The notes under the pieces: generated by a model | Told to the model about the DNA's origin: nothing | The model's input: only the letters and a program-made list of their open reading frames with translations | The model's database searches: none | NCBI GenBank assembly: GCA_023664625.1 | Contig: JAMPFD010000003.1 | Location: 106,384 to 170,383, forward strand | Direction: 5' to 3' | Origin: Bacillota bacterium | Lineage (GTDB): Bacteria > Bacteroidota > Bacteroidia > Bacteroidales > Bacteroidaceae | DNA: 64,000 nt | Program-made: the position numbers and the translations under genes | In this document: positions 1-10,586 of the stretch, one piece after another | Layout of the letters: each line of letters opens with the position of its first letter | Numbering within the stretch: position 1 is the first letter of the stretch

Positions 1-293
1 TATTGAACTGTACGCCGATGCCGTCAAAGTTTCCCTGCAGCGGCTCGTTAAGTTCCTGAGTCTCCTTGGCAGTGGTAAAGGACGAGTGCGGGTCAAGCCT
101 CTCCAGCATGCCCCGTATACCGTCCTCCACAAGTTTATCGGCATCTACCGAGTCGACATAAAGGCTCTCTATGGCAAACTGCGCTATCTGCAACTTGCGC
201 ATGGGAGAGTCCGAACCGATATTTATCCGTGTCTGTCCTGTCACGATAACAGGAAGCAACGAAAGCAGTATGAGTAGTTTCTTCATTGTCATT
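1..293 (-). CDS. S41 family C-terminal processing (tail-specific) peptidase; N-terminal part only, the gene runs off the window
   Basis: Reverse-strand translation from the ATG at 291-293 gives MTMKKLLILLSLLPVIVTGQ... (a signal peptide) followed by DSVDADKLVEDGIRGMLERLDPHSS and GNFDGIGVQF. It is collinear with the N-terminus of the complete S41 peptidase at 60550..62298. Confidence 0.65.
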
Positions 294-558
294 TATTATT
301 TCAGGAAAGACAGTCTGCCACCGAATCGCCGGCATTACCGTGGTAAAGGCATTCCCTTTATATAGATAATGTGATAGCCGTACACATGTTTCTCCGTCTT
401 GACATACACCGGCAATCCTATCCCTTACACTATGTTGATACGTGTAGTTCGGAATTTTATTGCACCAGATATGGATACTGTTCAGGATACATATATCCAT
501 TCACTCCTTCATCATGCAAAAAACAGCCATTTCACCGCCGGAAACAGGTTCCGGAAGA

Positions 559-2511
559 CTATTCCTCCACGTCGGGAATATCCTTTTCTATCACAAGATT
601 GTTTATGATAAAGTCCTGCCGGTCAGGAGTGTTCTTGCCCATATAGTATGCAAGGAGTTTCTGAACCTGGTCTTCCTGCCGCAGCGTGACCTGCTCCAGA
701 CGGATGTCCGGACCGATGAAACCGGCAAATTCGTCAGGCGAAATCTCTCCCAAGCCCTTAAAGCGTGTAATCTCCGGATCAGGGGAAAGTTCCTCTATGG
801 CACGCAGCCGCTCTTCATCACTGTAACAGTAGCGCGTGATAAAATCCTTCTGTTTCTCGTTGCGCGCCTTCAGTTTTTCGTCCTCTGCCTTTACGACGGC
901 CTTGTTCTTAATCTTCGTACGGCGGTTGCGCACACGGAAGAGCGGCGTCTGGAGGATATACACATGCCCCTTACGCACCAGTTCAGGGAAGAACTGGAGG
1001 AAGAAAGTGATTGTCAGAAGACGGATATGCATGCCGTCAACATCGGCATCCGTCGCCACGATGACCTTATTATAACGCAGGGAGTCCAGACCGTCCTCTA
1101 TGTCAAGAGCTGCCTGAAGCAAGTTGAACTCTTCATTCTCATAGACAACCTTCTTTGTTAGTCCGAAAGAGTTCAGCGGCTTTCCGCGCAGGGAGAAGAC
1201 CGCCTGGGTGTTCACGTTACGGCTCTTGGTTATTGAACCGGATGCGGAATCACCCTCGGTGATGAATATTGACGACTCCTCTTTCAGAGGGTTCTTGAAG
1301 TCGGAGTAATGGACACGGCAGTCACGGAGCTTCGGATTATGAAGATTAGCCTTCTTGGCACGCTCACGGGCGAGCTTCGTAACACCGGCCATCGCCTTGC
1401 GCTCACGCTCCGAGGAGGTGATTTTCTCAAGGATAACCTCGGCGACATCGGGGTTCTTGTGAAGGAAATTGTCCACCTCGGTATGTACGAAATCACCTAC
1501 ATACTTATTGATGCTGATGCCGTCGGGTGCCATCTGAAGGGAGCCGAGCTTGATTTTCGTCTGCGACTCGAACATCGGTTCCTCAACGTTCACCGCCACG
1601 GCAGCCACGATACCGTTACGTATGTCGGTAAACTCGAAGGATTTCTGGAAGAAGTCCTTCAGGGTCTTGGCGATATGTTCCTTAAAGGCTGACTGGTGGG
1701 TACCGCCCTGCGTGGTGTGCTGTCCGTTGACAAAGGAGTGGTACTCCTCCCCATACTGGTTGGCATGTGTGAAGGCTATCTCTATGTCCTCGCCCTTTAT
1801 GTGCACTATAGGATAGAGAGGTGCTGTGGACATCGTGTCCTTAAGCAGGTCGGCCAGTCCGTTGCGCGATGCTATGCGGCGACCGTTGTGCATGATGATG
1901 AGCCCAGAGTTGAGGTACGTATAGTTACGGAGCATCTCCGCGACGATGTCATCGTGGAACTTATAGTTGAGAAACAGTGTCTCGTCCGGCTCGAAGAAGA
2001 TGAACGTTCCGTTCTCCTCCTCGGTCTCCTTTGTCTCATCAGAGACGAGCAATCCTCTCTCAAAGCAGGCGCGGCGCACCTTACCTTCACGATAGGAGCG
2101 CACTTCAAAGCGTGTGGAGAGGAAGTTCACCGCCTTCACACCGACACCGTTCATGCCGACAGACTTCTTGAAAGCCTTGGAGTCATACTTGCCTCCGGTG
2201 TTGAGCTGTGACACTGCCTCTATCATCTTGCCCTGCGGAATGCCACGGCCGTAGTCACGGATGGAGACGCGCATCTGGTCGTCCACGTCAACCTCGATAC
2301 GCTTTCCGGCATTCATGCGAAATTCGTCGATGGAGTTGTCTATGGCTTCTTTCAGGAGCACATATATGCCGTCCTCGGCATGGCTGCCGTCACCGAGACG
2401 GCCGATGTACATGCCCGGACGCGTGCGGATATGCTCCACGTCAGACAGCTTGCGTATGTTGTCGTCGGTATATTCTACCTGCTCTTCATTAAATTCCAAG
2501 TCTTCTGCCAT
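559..2511 (-). CDS. parE: Type IIA DNA topoisomerase B subunit (topoisomerase IV ParE-like / GyrB family)
   Basis: 650 aa. GHKL ATPase N-box ([12 protein letters not shown]), TOPRIM region ([26 protein letters not shown]) and a C-terminal tail. This is the divergent Bacteroidetes ParE-type sequence rather than canonical GyrB. Confidence 0.8.
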   Translation of the reverse strand: MAEDLEFNEEQVEYTDDNIRKLSDVEHIRTRPGMYIGRLGDGSHAEDGIYVLLKEAIDNSIDEFRMNAGKRIEVDVDDQMRVSIRDYGRGIPQGKMIEAVSQLNTGGKYDSKAFKKSVGMNGVGVKAVNFLSTRFEVRSYREGKVRRACFERGLLVSDETKETEEENGTFIFFEPDETLFLNYKFHDDIVAEMLRNYTYLNSGLIIMHNGRRIASRNGLADLLKDTMSTAPLYPIVHIKGEDIEIAFTHANQYGEEYHSFVNGQHTTQGGTHQSAFKEHIAKTLKDFFQKSFEFTDIRNGIVAAVAVNVEEPMFESQTKIKLGSLQMAPDGISINKYVGDFVHTEVDNFLHKNPDVAEVILEKITSSERERKAMAGVTKLARERAKKANLHNPKLRDCRVHYSDFKNPLKEESSIFITEGDSASGSITKSRNVNTQAVFSLRGKPLNSFGLTKKVVYENEEFNLLQAALDIEDGLDSLRYNKVIVATDADVDGMHIRLLTITFFLQFFPELVRKGHVYILQTPLFRVRNRRTKIKNKAVVKAEDEKLKARNEKQKDFITRYCYSDEERLRAIEELSPDPEITRFKGLGEISPDEFAGFIGPDIRLEQVTLRQEDQVQKLLAYYMGKNTPDRQDFIINNLVIEKDIPDVEE

Positions 2512-2704
2512 TGTTTTTTATGGGTTGTAGGTTGTAAGGTTATGGGGGTTGCGGTCATGAGGTTATGAAGTTGTGGGCCATAAGGTTCTTTGTTTTTTAA
2601 CGCTGTACGGCATGGATATGCCATCGCATATTCATCCTTGTCATGAGGCTGCGGAAGAATATCCGTAAAACCGTATGAAACTTTAACCGTAAAACAACAA
2701 AAAA

Positions 2705-3862
2705 CTATATTTTCTTCTTCCAGCACACGCGCTTCTTATGGTTGCGGTGCTCAAACATGTCCCACTGTCCCTGCACGGCGGTGTTGGTCTCCATCTCCAG
2801 CTGCGTCTCCGCCCATTTCACGCCATATTTCAGGAAATAAGGGATAAGGTCGTAGAAGAAGAGGGCATTGACTCCCTTGTTGCGGTATTCAGGGAGCACA
2901 CCGATGAGAAGCAGGTCTATTCCTTCCGACTTATGGGAGAGAAGGAAGCGCAGCAGATGGAACCAGCCGAAAGGCAGGAGCCTGCCACGGCGGCATTTCT
3001 GCAGTACTTTAGCCATGGAGGGGACAGTGATGCCCACACCGACGATGTCGTGTCCCGGTGTGTTCCAGTCTTCCACAAGGGTCACGAGGTTCATGTCGAG
3101 AACCAAGGAGAACTTGCTCACCAGCTGCTTTATCTGCCTGTCGGTCAGCTCACTGTAACCGTACAGGTCTTTGTAAGTGTCGTTTATCAGTGAAAAGACC
3201 TTATGCCCGATGTTCTCCTTGCCGAAAAGCTCCCGGCGCTTCACCTTCCTTATGTGAAGGTTGTAGCGCTTCATCACCATCTCGGAGATTTTCCTGTGCT
3301 TCTCCGGCATCTTCTCCGGCATGAGGATATTGTACTCGTTATAGCGGTTGTCAACCTCGAAACCGCCTATTTCCTCAAAGATTTTCGGATAATACTCGTA
3401 ATTATAGAGAGTGGCGATGGTGCTCAGTTCGTCAAAGCCATGGACAAGCATGCCCTCGCTGTCCATGTCTGTGAAGCCGAGAGGTCCTGCCATCTGCTCC
3501 ATGCCGTGCCTCCTGCCATAGTTCGCCACGGCACCGAGCAGAGCTTCGACAACGGCTTTGTCCTCTACAAAGTCTATCCAGCCGAAGCGCACGTCTTTCC
3601 TGCCCCACTTCCCGTTGGCCTTGTGATTGATGATTGCGGCCACCCTGCCGGCGAGCTTGCCGTCACGGAAAGCCATGTAATATTCCGCCTCACAGAATTC
3701 AAAGGCGGCATTGCGGTCTTCGGAGAGCGTGTCAACCTCGTCGCCGTAAAGCGGAAGGACATCGTATGGCGAACCTTTATAAAGGTCGTAATGAAAATCA
3801 ATGAACTGCTTAAGGTCTTTCTTTGTCTCTACCTTGCGTATCTCTATATTTGTCATATTCAA
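2705..3862 (-). CDS. GNAT-like acyltransferase family protein (conserved hypothetical)
   Basis: 385-aa ORF with coding-like composition, no signal peptide and an acyl-CoA N-acyltransferase-like layout. Assigned from memory of Bacteroides homologues, not from a motif scan. Confidence 0.45.
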   Translation of the reverse strand: MNMTNIEIRKVETKKDLKQFIDFHYDLYKGSPYDVLPLYGDEVDTLSEDRNAAFEFCEAEYYMAFRDGKLAGRVAAIINHKANGKWGRKDVRFGWIDFVEDKAVVEALLGAVANYGRRHGMEQMAGPLGFTDMDSEGMLVHGFDELSTIATLYNYEYYPKIFEEIGGFEVDNRYNEYNILMPEKMPEKHRKISEMVMKRYNLHIRKVKRRELFGKENIGHKVFSLINDTYKDLYGYSELTDRQIKQLVSKFSLVLDMNLVTLVEDWNTPGHDIVGVGITVPSMAKVLQKCRRGRLLPFGWFHLLRFLLSHKSEGIDLLLIGVLPEYRNKGVNALFFYDLIPYFLKYGVKWAETQLEMETNTAVQGQWDMFEHRNHKKRVCWKKKI

Positions 3863-4375
3863 TGATTTGAGTCATGGCGGGATTCTTCCGTCCCTGCATA
3901 TACAGATGTTTGGGCGCGTCCGCGCATAAAACGGTACAAAGATAATAAAAATAAACGTATCATTAACGTTTTACCATATAAAATTATTTTTTTTTAGTTC
4001 TTTCCGCAATCCCCGCAACTATTCAGCGGATTACTATCACAGATTTACAGTGCAATACAAATCAGAGTCAACCTCTATTTCAGGAAAAAGCACTCATTTG
4101 TGAGTTGTCTTTCAGCTGTCTGCTTCTGTAACGGATTGCTTTTCTTGTAATTTATTTGTTTTAAGTAACTGTTGGAAATTAGTTAATACTAAAAAACGCA
4201 GTTATTTTTTTTAGGCGGTTAGTGTACGGAACCGAAGGAGCAATGCGGGCATTGTGACTGAGTGACAACTTTCCCGACAAGCCATACGGGCAGAACGAAA
4301 CTTATTTCAGCTATGCCGTGGCAAGGGACAGTGCGCGTAGCGTCAGCAAGCGAGTGCACTAAATGACAAAAAAGA

Positions 4376-4529
4376 ACGTTTTCGTTAAGCCAGATGAGCA
4401 GAGTTAAGTTTACTTAAACTCTGCCATGGCGAGAAAAGGTAGAATGAAATTCAACGTTTTCGTTAAGCCGGATGAGCAGAGTTAAGTTCACTTGAACTCT
4501 GCCATGGCGAGAAAAGGTAGAATGAAATT
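4376..4529. repeat. Tandem direct repeat, two units of about 77 bp plus a partial third, each with an internal hairpin
   Basis: The unit aacgttttcgttaagccRgatgagcagagttaagttYacttRaactctgccatggcgagaaaaggtagaatgaaattc occurs at 4376-4452 and 4453-4529. Each unit has the inverted repeat cagagtt...aactctg and the palindrome gccatggc. Confidence 0.8.
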
Positions 4530-4775
4530 CAACAAGTTTTAATGAGAAAACGTTATATTATAAAATAATTATCAATAGTTACTTATGCCCGCTGAACAGC
4601 TACCCCCTGCTCCACAGCCGCAGGGTCCTTGCCGCAGGCTCTCTGTCCGTTCTGTCACAAAGCTGCCGGCCGTTGTCTGTCCGGCAGGCAAACACCTGTC
4701 TGCCCTGCCGGCTCTCACCACAATGGCACACGGACTGCATCCCCAAGACGGACAGGGCGGACACGGGCCAAACAC

Positions 4776-4858
4776 AAAAAGGTTATCTTTGACACTGCAA
4801 AAGGTTACGGTTTACCACATAAAAGGTTACCCTTCGTAATGCAAAAGGTAACCTTTTA
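4776..4858. repeat. REP-like array A: four units of about 22 bp with the core AAAAGGTTACC(N)TTT
   Basis: Units aaaaggttatctttgacactgc, aaaaggttacggtttaccacat, aaaaggttacccttcgtaatgc and aaaaggtaaccttttacgccac, immediately 3' of the stop codon of the minus-strand gene 4885..6135. Confidence 0.8.
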
Positions 4859-4884
4859 CGCCACCGTCCATATCCGGCTGAACA

Positions 4885-6135
4885 TCAGCTATTTACAAAA
4901 ACACTTCCTTCCCCTCGGCTGCGGCGGCATATCACAAGCCGGTGCACACCGAGAATTGTGGTTCCGAAGACATACGTCTCTCCTCCGTCTTTCAGCCGCA
5001 GACGCTTGCGGAGCTCCTCGGCCGACAGCGGGAAATTCCTCACGGCTATGTTCGCACGCGACAGTCCGCCGAGAATCTCCCCGAGAGTCCTGCGCAGTTC
5101 CTTCCTGTTCAGTGATGAGACGGCAAGGATTTCAAATTTCCTTCCCGGAATTTCAGCGGTGAAACCGACGTTTTTTGCTATAAAAAGATGAGACATCCGG
5201 TCCAATGCGGCAACGCCGAAACGTGCGGCGAACTCAGCAAAACATCCGGCTTTCATCATCGAGGCATTAGGCACCACCAGAGTATCTCCCGCCGACGGCA
5301 TGGCGGTGACGACGGGAGGCAGTGCGGACTGTACCCCTGTGCACGGAGAAAACATGGTCTCAAAGACATCACCGTCATTGACGCAGACAAGTCTCGCAGA
5401 ATCCTCACTGTCTTCCACTACCAGTACAAGCTCCTTGCATTCGTTCTTCACGGAGACGATGTGCACCTCCGAGACACCTCCTGTCAGGCGGCAGGCCTCC
5501 CTGTGGTCGAGCATCGGCGAGAGTTTTACTATCACTCGCCGCGCTTTCTGTCTCAACACAGGCATCAGAGCGACAACGTCCGGCGTGCAGTCGGCAATGG
5601 CATAGGTCTTCCTGCCGTCGGTATCGCGGCGTGCGGGGTCAAGGTAGATTGTCGTTCCGGCACGCAGTTCCTCTGACGACGGCAAGGTTTGCAGAAATGA
5701 TTCGGCAGTGGAGCAGACGACATGGGCGTTGTCCATCCCCAAGACCGAGAAGTTATGGCGTGCCGTCTCGCAAAGATGCTCCTGACGCTCCACATAATAT
5801 GCCTCTCCGAAGCCTCGGGACATATAGGAAAAGTCAACGCCGAATCCGCCCGTAAGGTCGATGAAACGGGATTTTTTCTTCACCTCCTCCGGCTCCCGGC
5901 AGATACTGTCACGCTTGTAGACGGCGGTCTGCTCGCTCGAGCACTGCTCCATTGAGATGTGAGGAGGATAGACAATGCCGTCATGGGCCGCCCACACCGG
6001 CAGCTTCGTACGTGCCCTCTGCCATCCGTCAATCTGCTGAAGGGCAAAGTGCATGTCAACGCCTGACGGACTTTTCAGTGCCAGCATGCGCACGTCCTCC
6101 TCCCTGTGTACGGCGATAAACTCCTGTGTCGTCAT
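4885..6135 (-). CDS. Class I SAM-dependent methyltransferase-like protein (THUMP-like, putative RNA methyltransferase)
   Basis: 416 aa. The central region (IDLTGGFGVDFSYMS) resembles MTase motif I. Size and layout match the conserved Bacteroidetes methyltransferase. Confidence 0.5.
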   Translation of the reverse strand: MTTQEFIAVHREEDVRMLALKSPSGVDMHFALQQIDGWQRARTKLPVWAAHDGIVYPPHISMEQCSSEQTAVYKRDSICREPEEVKKKSRFIDLTGGFGVDFSYMSRGFGEAYYVERQEHLCETARHNFSVLGMDNAHVVCSTAESFLQTLPSSEELRAGTTIYLDPARRDTDGRKTYAIADCTPDVVALMPVLRQKARRVIVKLSPMLDHREACRLTGGVSEVHIVSVKNECKELVLVVEDSEDSARLVCVNDGDVFETMFSPCTGVQSALPPVVTAMPSAGDTLVVPNASMMKAGCFAEFAARFGVAALDRMSHLFIAKNVGFTAEIPGRKFEILAVSSLNRKELRRTLGEILGGLSRANIAVRNFPLSAEELRKRLRLKDGGETYVFGTTILGVHRLVICRRSRGEGSVFVNS

Positions 6136-6334
6136 GGTCGGTAGTATTGGATTTTAAATGGATTTGTATGCTTTTTCCGTGAAAAATAAAAAATTATGAT
6201 GCAAAGATATAAAGAATTTGCCAAATAATTAGTAAATTTGTGGCAAATTATGCCATTCCGTTCTGCATGCAATGTTTTTCGGGAGAAGATGCGTGCAGCA
6301 ATGCTGTATGGTCAAAAAAACAAGAAAACCGACT

Positions 6335-7369
6335 ATGGATGAAGATTTCGACATAAGGCAACAAGGACAGAGAGCTACTGAGAAAGACTTCGAAAATGCT
6401 CTCCGCCCGCTCGAATTCGGCGATTTCACCGGACAACAGAAGGTCGTGGAGAACCTTCAGGTCTTCGTGGAAGCGGCGAAATACCGTGGCGAACCTCTCG
6501 ACCACACACTCCTCCACGGACCTCCGGGACTCGGAAAGACGACACTCTCGAACATCATCGCCAACGAACTCGGAGTGGGATTCAAGATAACTTCCGGCCC
6601 TGTCCTCGACAAACCGGGCGACCTCGCCGGAATATTGACGTCCCTGGAGCCTAACGACGTGCTGTTCATTGACGAGATCCACCGCCTCAGCCCTGTCGTG
6701 GAAGAATACCTTTATTCTGCCATGGAGGACTACCGCATAGACATCATGATCGACAAGGGTCCTTCGGCGAGAAGCATACAGATTGACCTTAACCCGTTCA
6801 CACTCGTCGGCGCGACGACGCGCTCCGGACTTCTGACGGCTCCGCTGCGTGCGCGCTTCGGAATAAACATGCACCTTGAATACTACAATCCCGAGACCCT
6901 GATGCGCATCATCCGGCGCTCGGCGAAGATTCTAAGGGTGCCTATCTCCGACAAGGCTGCCATGGAGATAGCGCGACGCTCACGTGGCACGCCGCGTATC
7001 GCCAATGCCCTGCTGCGCCGCGTGAGGGACTTCGCACAGGTAAAGGGCAACGGAAGCATAGACACGGCCATAGCGGAGATGTCCCTGACAGCACTGAACA
7101 TCGACTCATTCGGACTGGATGAGATTGACAACAAGATTCTTCTGACCATCATCGACAAGTTCAGGGGCGGCCCCGTGGGCATCTCCACCATCGCCACAGC
7201 CATCGGTGAGGATGCAGGTACTGTGGAGGAGGTCTACGAACCTTTCCTCATCATGGAGGGCTTCATGAAAAGAACGCCGCGCGGACGCGTACTCACGGAA
7301 CTGGCATACCGGCATCTCGGAAGGGACATCTACACCTCCGGAGAGCGGCAGCCTTCACTCTTCGACTGA
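6335..7369 (+). CDS. ruvB: Holliday junction branch migration helicase RuvB
   Basis: Walker [24 protein letters not shown], sensor [10 protein letters not shown] and a C-terminal winged helix. The start is moved to the ATG at 6335 (MDEDFDIRQ...), because the ORF track begins upstream at an alternative start. Confidence 0.93.
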   Translation: MDEDFDIRQQGQRATEKDFENALRPLEFGDFTGQQKVVENLQVFVEAAKYRGEPLDHTLLHGPPGLGKTTLSNIIANELGVGFKITSGPVLDKPGDLAGILTSLEPNDVLFIDEIHRLSPVVEEYLYSAMEDYRIDIMIDKGPSARSIQIDLNPFTLVGATTRSGLLTAPLRARFGINMHLEYYNPETLMRIIRRSAKILRVPISDKAAMEIARRSRGTPRIANALLRRVRDFAQVKGNGSIDTAIAEMSLTALNIDSFGLDEIDNKILLTIIDKFRGGPVGISTIATAIGEDAGTVEEVYEPFLIMEGFMKRTPRGRVLTELAYRHLGRDIYTSGERQPSLFD

Positions 7370-7406
7370 AAAATCTTATAAAGAAACAGGCTAAAACCAC
7401 GGAATC

Positions 7407-7847
7407 ATGCGTACAGCAATATTCACCGGAACTTTCAATCCGTTCACGATAGGTCATGCCGACATTGTGGAACGTGCCCTGAACATCTTCGACAAAGTAG
7501 TAATAGGCATAGGATTCAACCCCGCAAAGGACAGCAATGTGAACGTTGAGGAGCGTCTCGCACAAATCAAGAACGTATATAAGGAAGAGCCGCGCGTGAC
7601 AGTAGAGGCTTACAGCGATATGGCTGCCGACTTTGCAAAAAGGCATGATGCGGCGGCTGTGGTCAAGGGGGTGCGCTCAGTCACCGACTATGAGTATGAA
7701 AGGAATCAGGCGGAATACAACCGCCTTTTAGGAGACGGGCTGGAGACGGTGCTGTTCTTCTCGCGCCCTGAGCTCTCCGCACTGTCAAGCAGCGGAGTGC
7801 GCACACTGCAGATGTTCGGCAAGGACACAAGCAAGTTTCTGCCATAA
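7407..7847 (+). CDS. coaD: Phosphopantetheine adenylyltransferase
   Basis: 146 aa with FTGTFNPFTIGHADIV (the T/HxGH nucleotidyltransferase motif) and a typical CoaD length. Confidence 0.9.
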   Translation: MRTAIFTGTFNPFTIGHADIVERALNIFDKVVIGIGFNPAKDSNVNVEERLAQIKNVYKEEPRVTVEAYSDMAADFAKRHDAAAVVKGVRSVTDYEYERNQAEYNRLLGDGLETVLFFSRPELSALSSSGVRTLQMFGKDTSKFLP

Positions 7848-7949
7848 GGCTTAAACGAATAATATATCGACAATCGTAACAACAGATTTTCCGGCGATGA
7901 AATGGGCGTTTTTATAAGAACTTATACAGTTTCAAAAACATAGAGAATT

Positions 7950-8372
7950 ATGATCAGTTATAATAGTGAGAGTGTAAAGGTGCCTCAGATAAAGAAACGT
8001 GAGGTAAGTAAATGGATACGCAATGTCGCAGCAAAGTACGGCAGGACAGTCGGAGAGGTGGGATATCTCTTCTGCGACGACGAAAAAATCCTTGAGGTGA
8101 ACCGCGAGTACCTCGGGCATGACTACTACACTGACATCATAACCTTCGACTATGACGAGGGCGAACAGATAAACGGCGACCTTGTAATATCGCTTGACAC
8201 GATAAAGACCAATGCCGAGCTTTTCAAAAAGCCTTACGAGGAGGAGCTTTACCGCGTAATCATCCATGGCATTCTCCACCTCTGCGGCATCAACGACAAA
8301 GGCCCGGGAGAGCGCGAGATAATGGAGAAAGCTGAGAACGAGGCCCTCGCCATGTGGTTCGGAAGACAGTAG
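7950..8372 (+). CDS. ybeY: rRNA maturation endoribonuclease YbeY
   Basis: 140 aa with the HGILHLCGINDKGPGE zinc-binding H3xH5xxxD motif. Confidence 0.9.
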   Translation: MISYNSESVKVPQIKKREVSKWIRNVAAKYGRTVGEVGYLFCDDEKILEVNREYLGHDYYTDIITFDYDEGEQINGDLVISLDTIKTNAELFKKPYEEELYRVIIHGILHLCGINDKGPGEREIMEKAENEALAMWFGRQ

Positions 8373-8396
8373 AGCCCTGATAAACGGCAAGAAAAA

Positions 8397-8452
8397 GGAA
8401 ACCGGCATGTTGATATTTCAATGCATCAACATACCGGTTTCCTTGGCATTTA
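8397..8452. terminator. Bidirectional hairpin terminator between the convergent ybeY and yqeY-like genes
   Basis: ggaaaccggcatgttgat-atttcaatgc-atcaacataccggtttcc, a stem of about 18 bp. Confidence 0.6.
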
Positions 8453-8485
8453 GACTTATACAAGCACCTGAGATGGCAGCATCCC

Positions 8486-8932
8486 TTACGCAAGGAGACG
8501 CTTCACAATGGCGGAAATCTGACCGCCCTCGGCCTTTCCGGCCATCTGTTTTGAGGCTATGCCCATGACTTTGCCCATCTCCTTTATCGACGCGGCACCG
8601 GTCTCGGCAATGACAGCCTTCACAATCTCCTCTATCTCAGCCTCTGTCAATGGCTTTGGGAGATACTCCTCGATGACGGCAACCTGTGCAAGCTCGTCGT
8701 CTGCGAGGTCCTGACGTCCCTGCTGGACGTATGTTGCGGCAGACTCTTTGCCCTGCTTGGCAAGCTTCTGCAGAATCTTCATCGCGTCAGCGTCAGCGAG
8801 CTCGTCATTCGCACCGGGAGCGGTCTTGGCCTCCAGGAATACTTTCTTTATGTTTCTTAATGTTTCGAGGCGCACTTTGTCGCGTGCTTTCATAGCCTCC
8901 TTGATGTCTGTTGAAATCTGGTCGAAAAGCAT
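8486..8932 (-). CDS. GatB/YqeY domain-containing protein
   Basis: 148 aa with the pattern IKEAMKARDK...LETLR...KQGKESAATY... typical of the YqeY family. Confidence 0.85.
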   Translation of the reverse strand: MLFDQISTDIKEAMKARDKVRLETLRNIKKVFLEAKTAPGANDELADADAMKILQKLAKQGKESAATYVQQGRQDLADDELAQVAVIEEYLPKPLTEAEIEEIVKAVIAETGAASIKEMGKVMGIASKQMAGKAEGGQISAIVKRLLA

Positions 8933-9021
8933 ATTTCTATTGTTTTTATGGTTATTTTTTCACTTCTTCACCGCAGAGAATGCCATGAAGATGCCATGAC
9001 TCACGGCAACAACGCCGCAAA

Positions 9022-9384
9022 TCAGTCGGAATCCTCCAGACCTTTGGAAAGACCTTCCATCATTCCTGCCGCCCCTTCCATGACACCTCTCATAATACCG
9101 CCGAAAGAACCTGGCAGAGATTTCATGAAACAGGCGAAGCAGATTCCCTCCAGGCGTCCTATCTCCCGTATTTCCTCGTCAGTATATTCTGACTTATGTT
9201 TCTCCAGCTGCTCAGCAACGGAGGCATATTTTTCGGAAGCCTCCTGCCAGTCCTGCGGTGAATAGCCCGAACTGTTCTCCTGCAACTCCGTTGCCAAGTC
9301 CGACAACTGACGAATGGCATCCTGCTTATTATCACAAGCAACAAGCCCCATCGTCATTATAATACATAAGAATATATGTTTCAT
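9022..9384 (-). CDS. Small lipoprotein, hypothetical
   Basis: MKHIFLCIIMTMGLVAC is a lipobox signal peptide. The start is moved to the internal ATG at 9384. Confidence 0.55.
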   Translation of the reverse strand: MKHIFLCIIMTMGLVACDNKQDAIRQLSDLATELQENSSGYSPQDWQEASEKYASVAEQLEKHKSEYTDEEIREIGRLEGICFACFMKSLPGSFGGIMRGVMEGAAGMMEGLSKGLEDSD

Positions 9385-9466
9385 TTCATCCGGCATTTTA
9401 TCAATAGTACAGGCAGGCGGCATGTTTTCATTTCCATTACTTTTATCTTATGTCACATAACCGGAC

Positions 9467-10456
9467 TCAGTTCGTCAGCCTGTCAAAGTAGGTTATTATC
9501 TCCTCCCATGTCTTGAACGTGTCCGAACCGTATTCCACGGGCGTTGCCATGCCGCCTTCCGGAGGGCAGGGCGATATGAAGAAGTCGCCGTAGAGAAGGT
9601 CGGGGCGGTTGGTGAACGTCACATGTCCGTGGGCAGGAACCGTGACATACTCCCGCAGCCATTCCGTCACCATATTATAATAAGAGGTGTCGTTCGTCGG
9701 CGACGGTGCCACAAAATGCAGTTCATAGCGGTCAATAAGAGTCTCTATGGCCTTACGCATGGATGATGTGGCCTGCATATAGGAGTCATGGAGGCATTCA
9801 AAGTCAATGTATATTGTCTCACGCTGGCGTTTCTCCTGCCTGTCGTCAATCCATCGCACTAAGGGAACGAGGGCATGATGCACCACCTTGTCTATCAGGC
9901 GGTGCTCTCCATGGAAGGTCACTCCCTGAGTGTAATGTTCAAGAAAAAGGTCCTTTGTGTGCACCACAGGGTCTTTGTCGCCGAAGAGTCCCCACACACG
10001 GCCGTTGTCTTCCCTCACCCTTTCCGCGTCAAAGCATTGCGCCGTAAGTTCGCGGTATTCCTTTACAAGAGCCTTGGTGACTATCATTTCCTGCACCCCG
10101 TCACGCCGCGGATTCTGGAAAGTGAGCTTCCCCACCATGCCGTGGCTGCCCATTGTCTCACCCATCCGGAAAGCCGGATTGACCAGTATGCGGTCATATC
10201 CGTAGAGCATCTCCGTCATCATGCCGCCCATGGACGAGCCTATGATGAGGTCGGGCAGCTCCTCAACGCAGACATTGCGGAGCAGCTCCATCGCTTCCTG
10301 CGGGCGGAGGGGAAGGTCGGGAGCTATCACAGTGGCGTTGGGAAAGATGGTGCGCAGAAGCGTCACCGTCCCCGACAGGCCGCTGGAGGCAAAGCCGTGG
10401 ACATAAAGTATCTTCTTGCCGGACATAAGTTCCGGCCATGACTTCATATATTCCAT
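9467..10456 (-). CDS. Alpha/beta hydrolase (YqiA-type esterase domain) fused to a C-terminal domain of unknown function
   Basis: N-terminus KILYVHGFASSG ... IIGSSMGGMM (GxSxG nucleophile elbow). About 130 C-terminal residues are unassigned. Confidence 0.6.
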   Translation of the reverse strand: MEYMKSWPELMSGKKILYVHGFASSGLSGTVTLLRTIFPNATVIAPDLPLRPQEAMELLRNVCVEELPDLIIGSSMGGMMTEMLYGYDRILVNPAFRMGETMGSHGMVGKLTFQNPRRDGVQEMIVTKALVKEYRELTAQCFDAERVREDNGRVWGLFGDKDPVVHTKDLFLEHYTQGVTFHGEHRLIDKVVHHALVPLVRWIDDRQEKRQRETIYIDFECLHDSYMQATSSMRKAIETLIDRYELHFVAPSPTNDTSYYNMVTEWLREYVTVPAHGHVTFTNRPDLLYGDFFISPCPPEGGMATPVEYGSDTFKTWEEIITYFDRLTN

Positions 10457-10586
10457 CTGTTCTTTTCAGGACGGATTAATCTGTTAGACATATTACCGTC
10501 ACCCGTCATCACGCATGACGGCGGCATTTACGGCGGGAAGCCCCGCCTCTCCCTGCGGAAGGCGTCAGCGGCAGAGCCTCAGCCCC

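Noticed and set aside
4585-5162. Plus-strand ORFs 4585..4839 and 4629..5162
   Set aside because: They span the GC-rich repeat block and array A and run antisense into the methyltransferase gene. Their Pro/Arg/Gly-rich translation is typical of non-coding GC-rich DNA.
6248-6874. 208-aa minus-strand ORF
   Set aside because: Antisense to ruvB.
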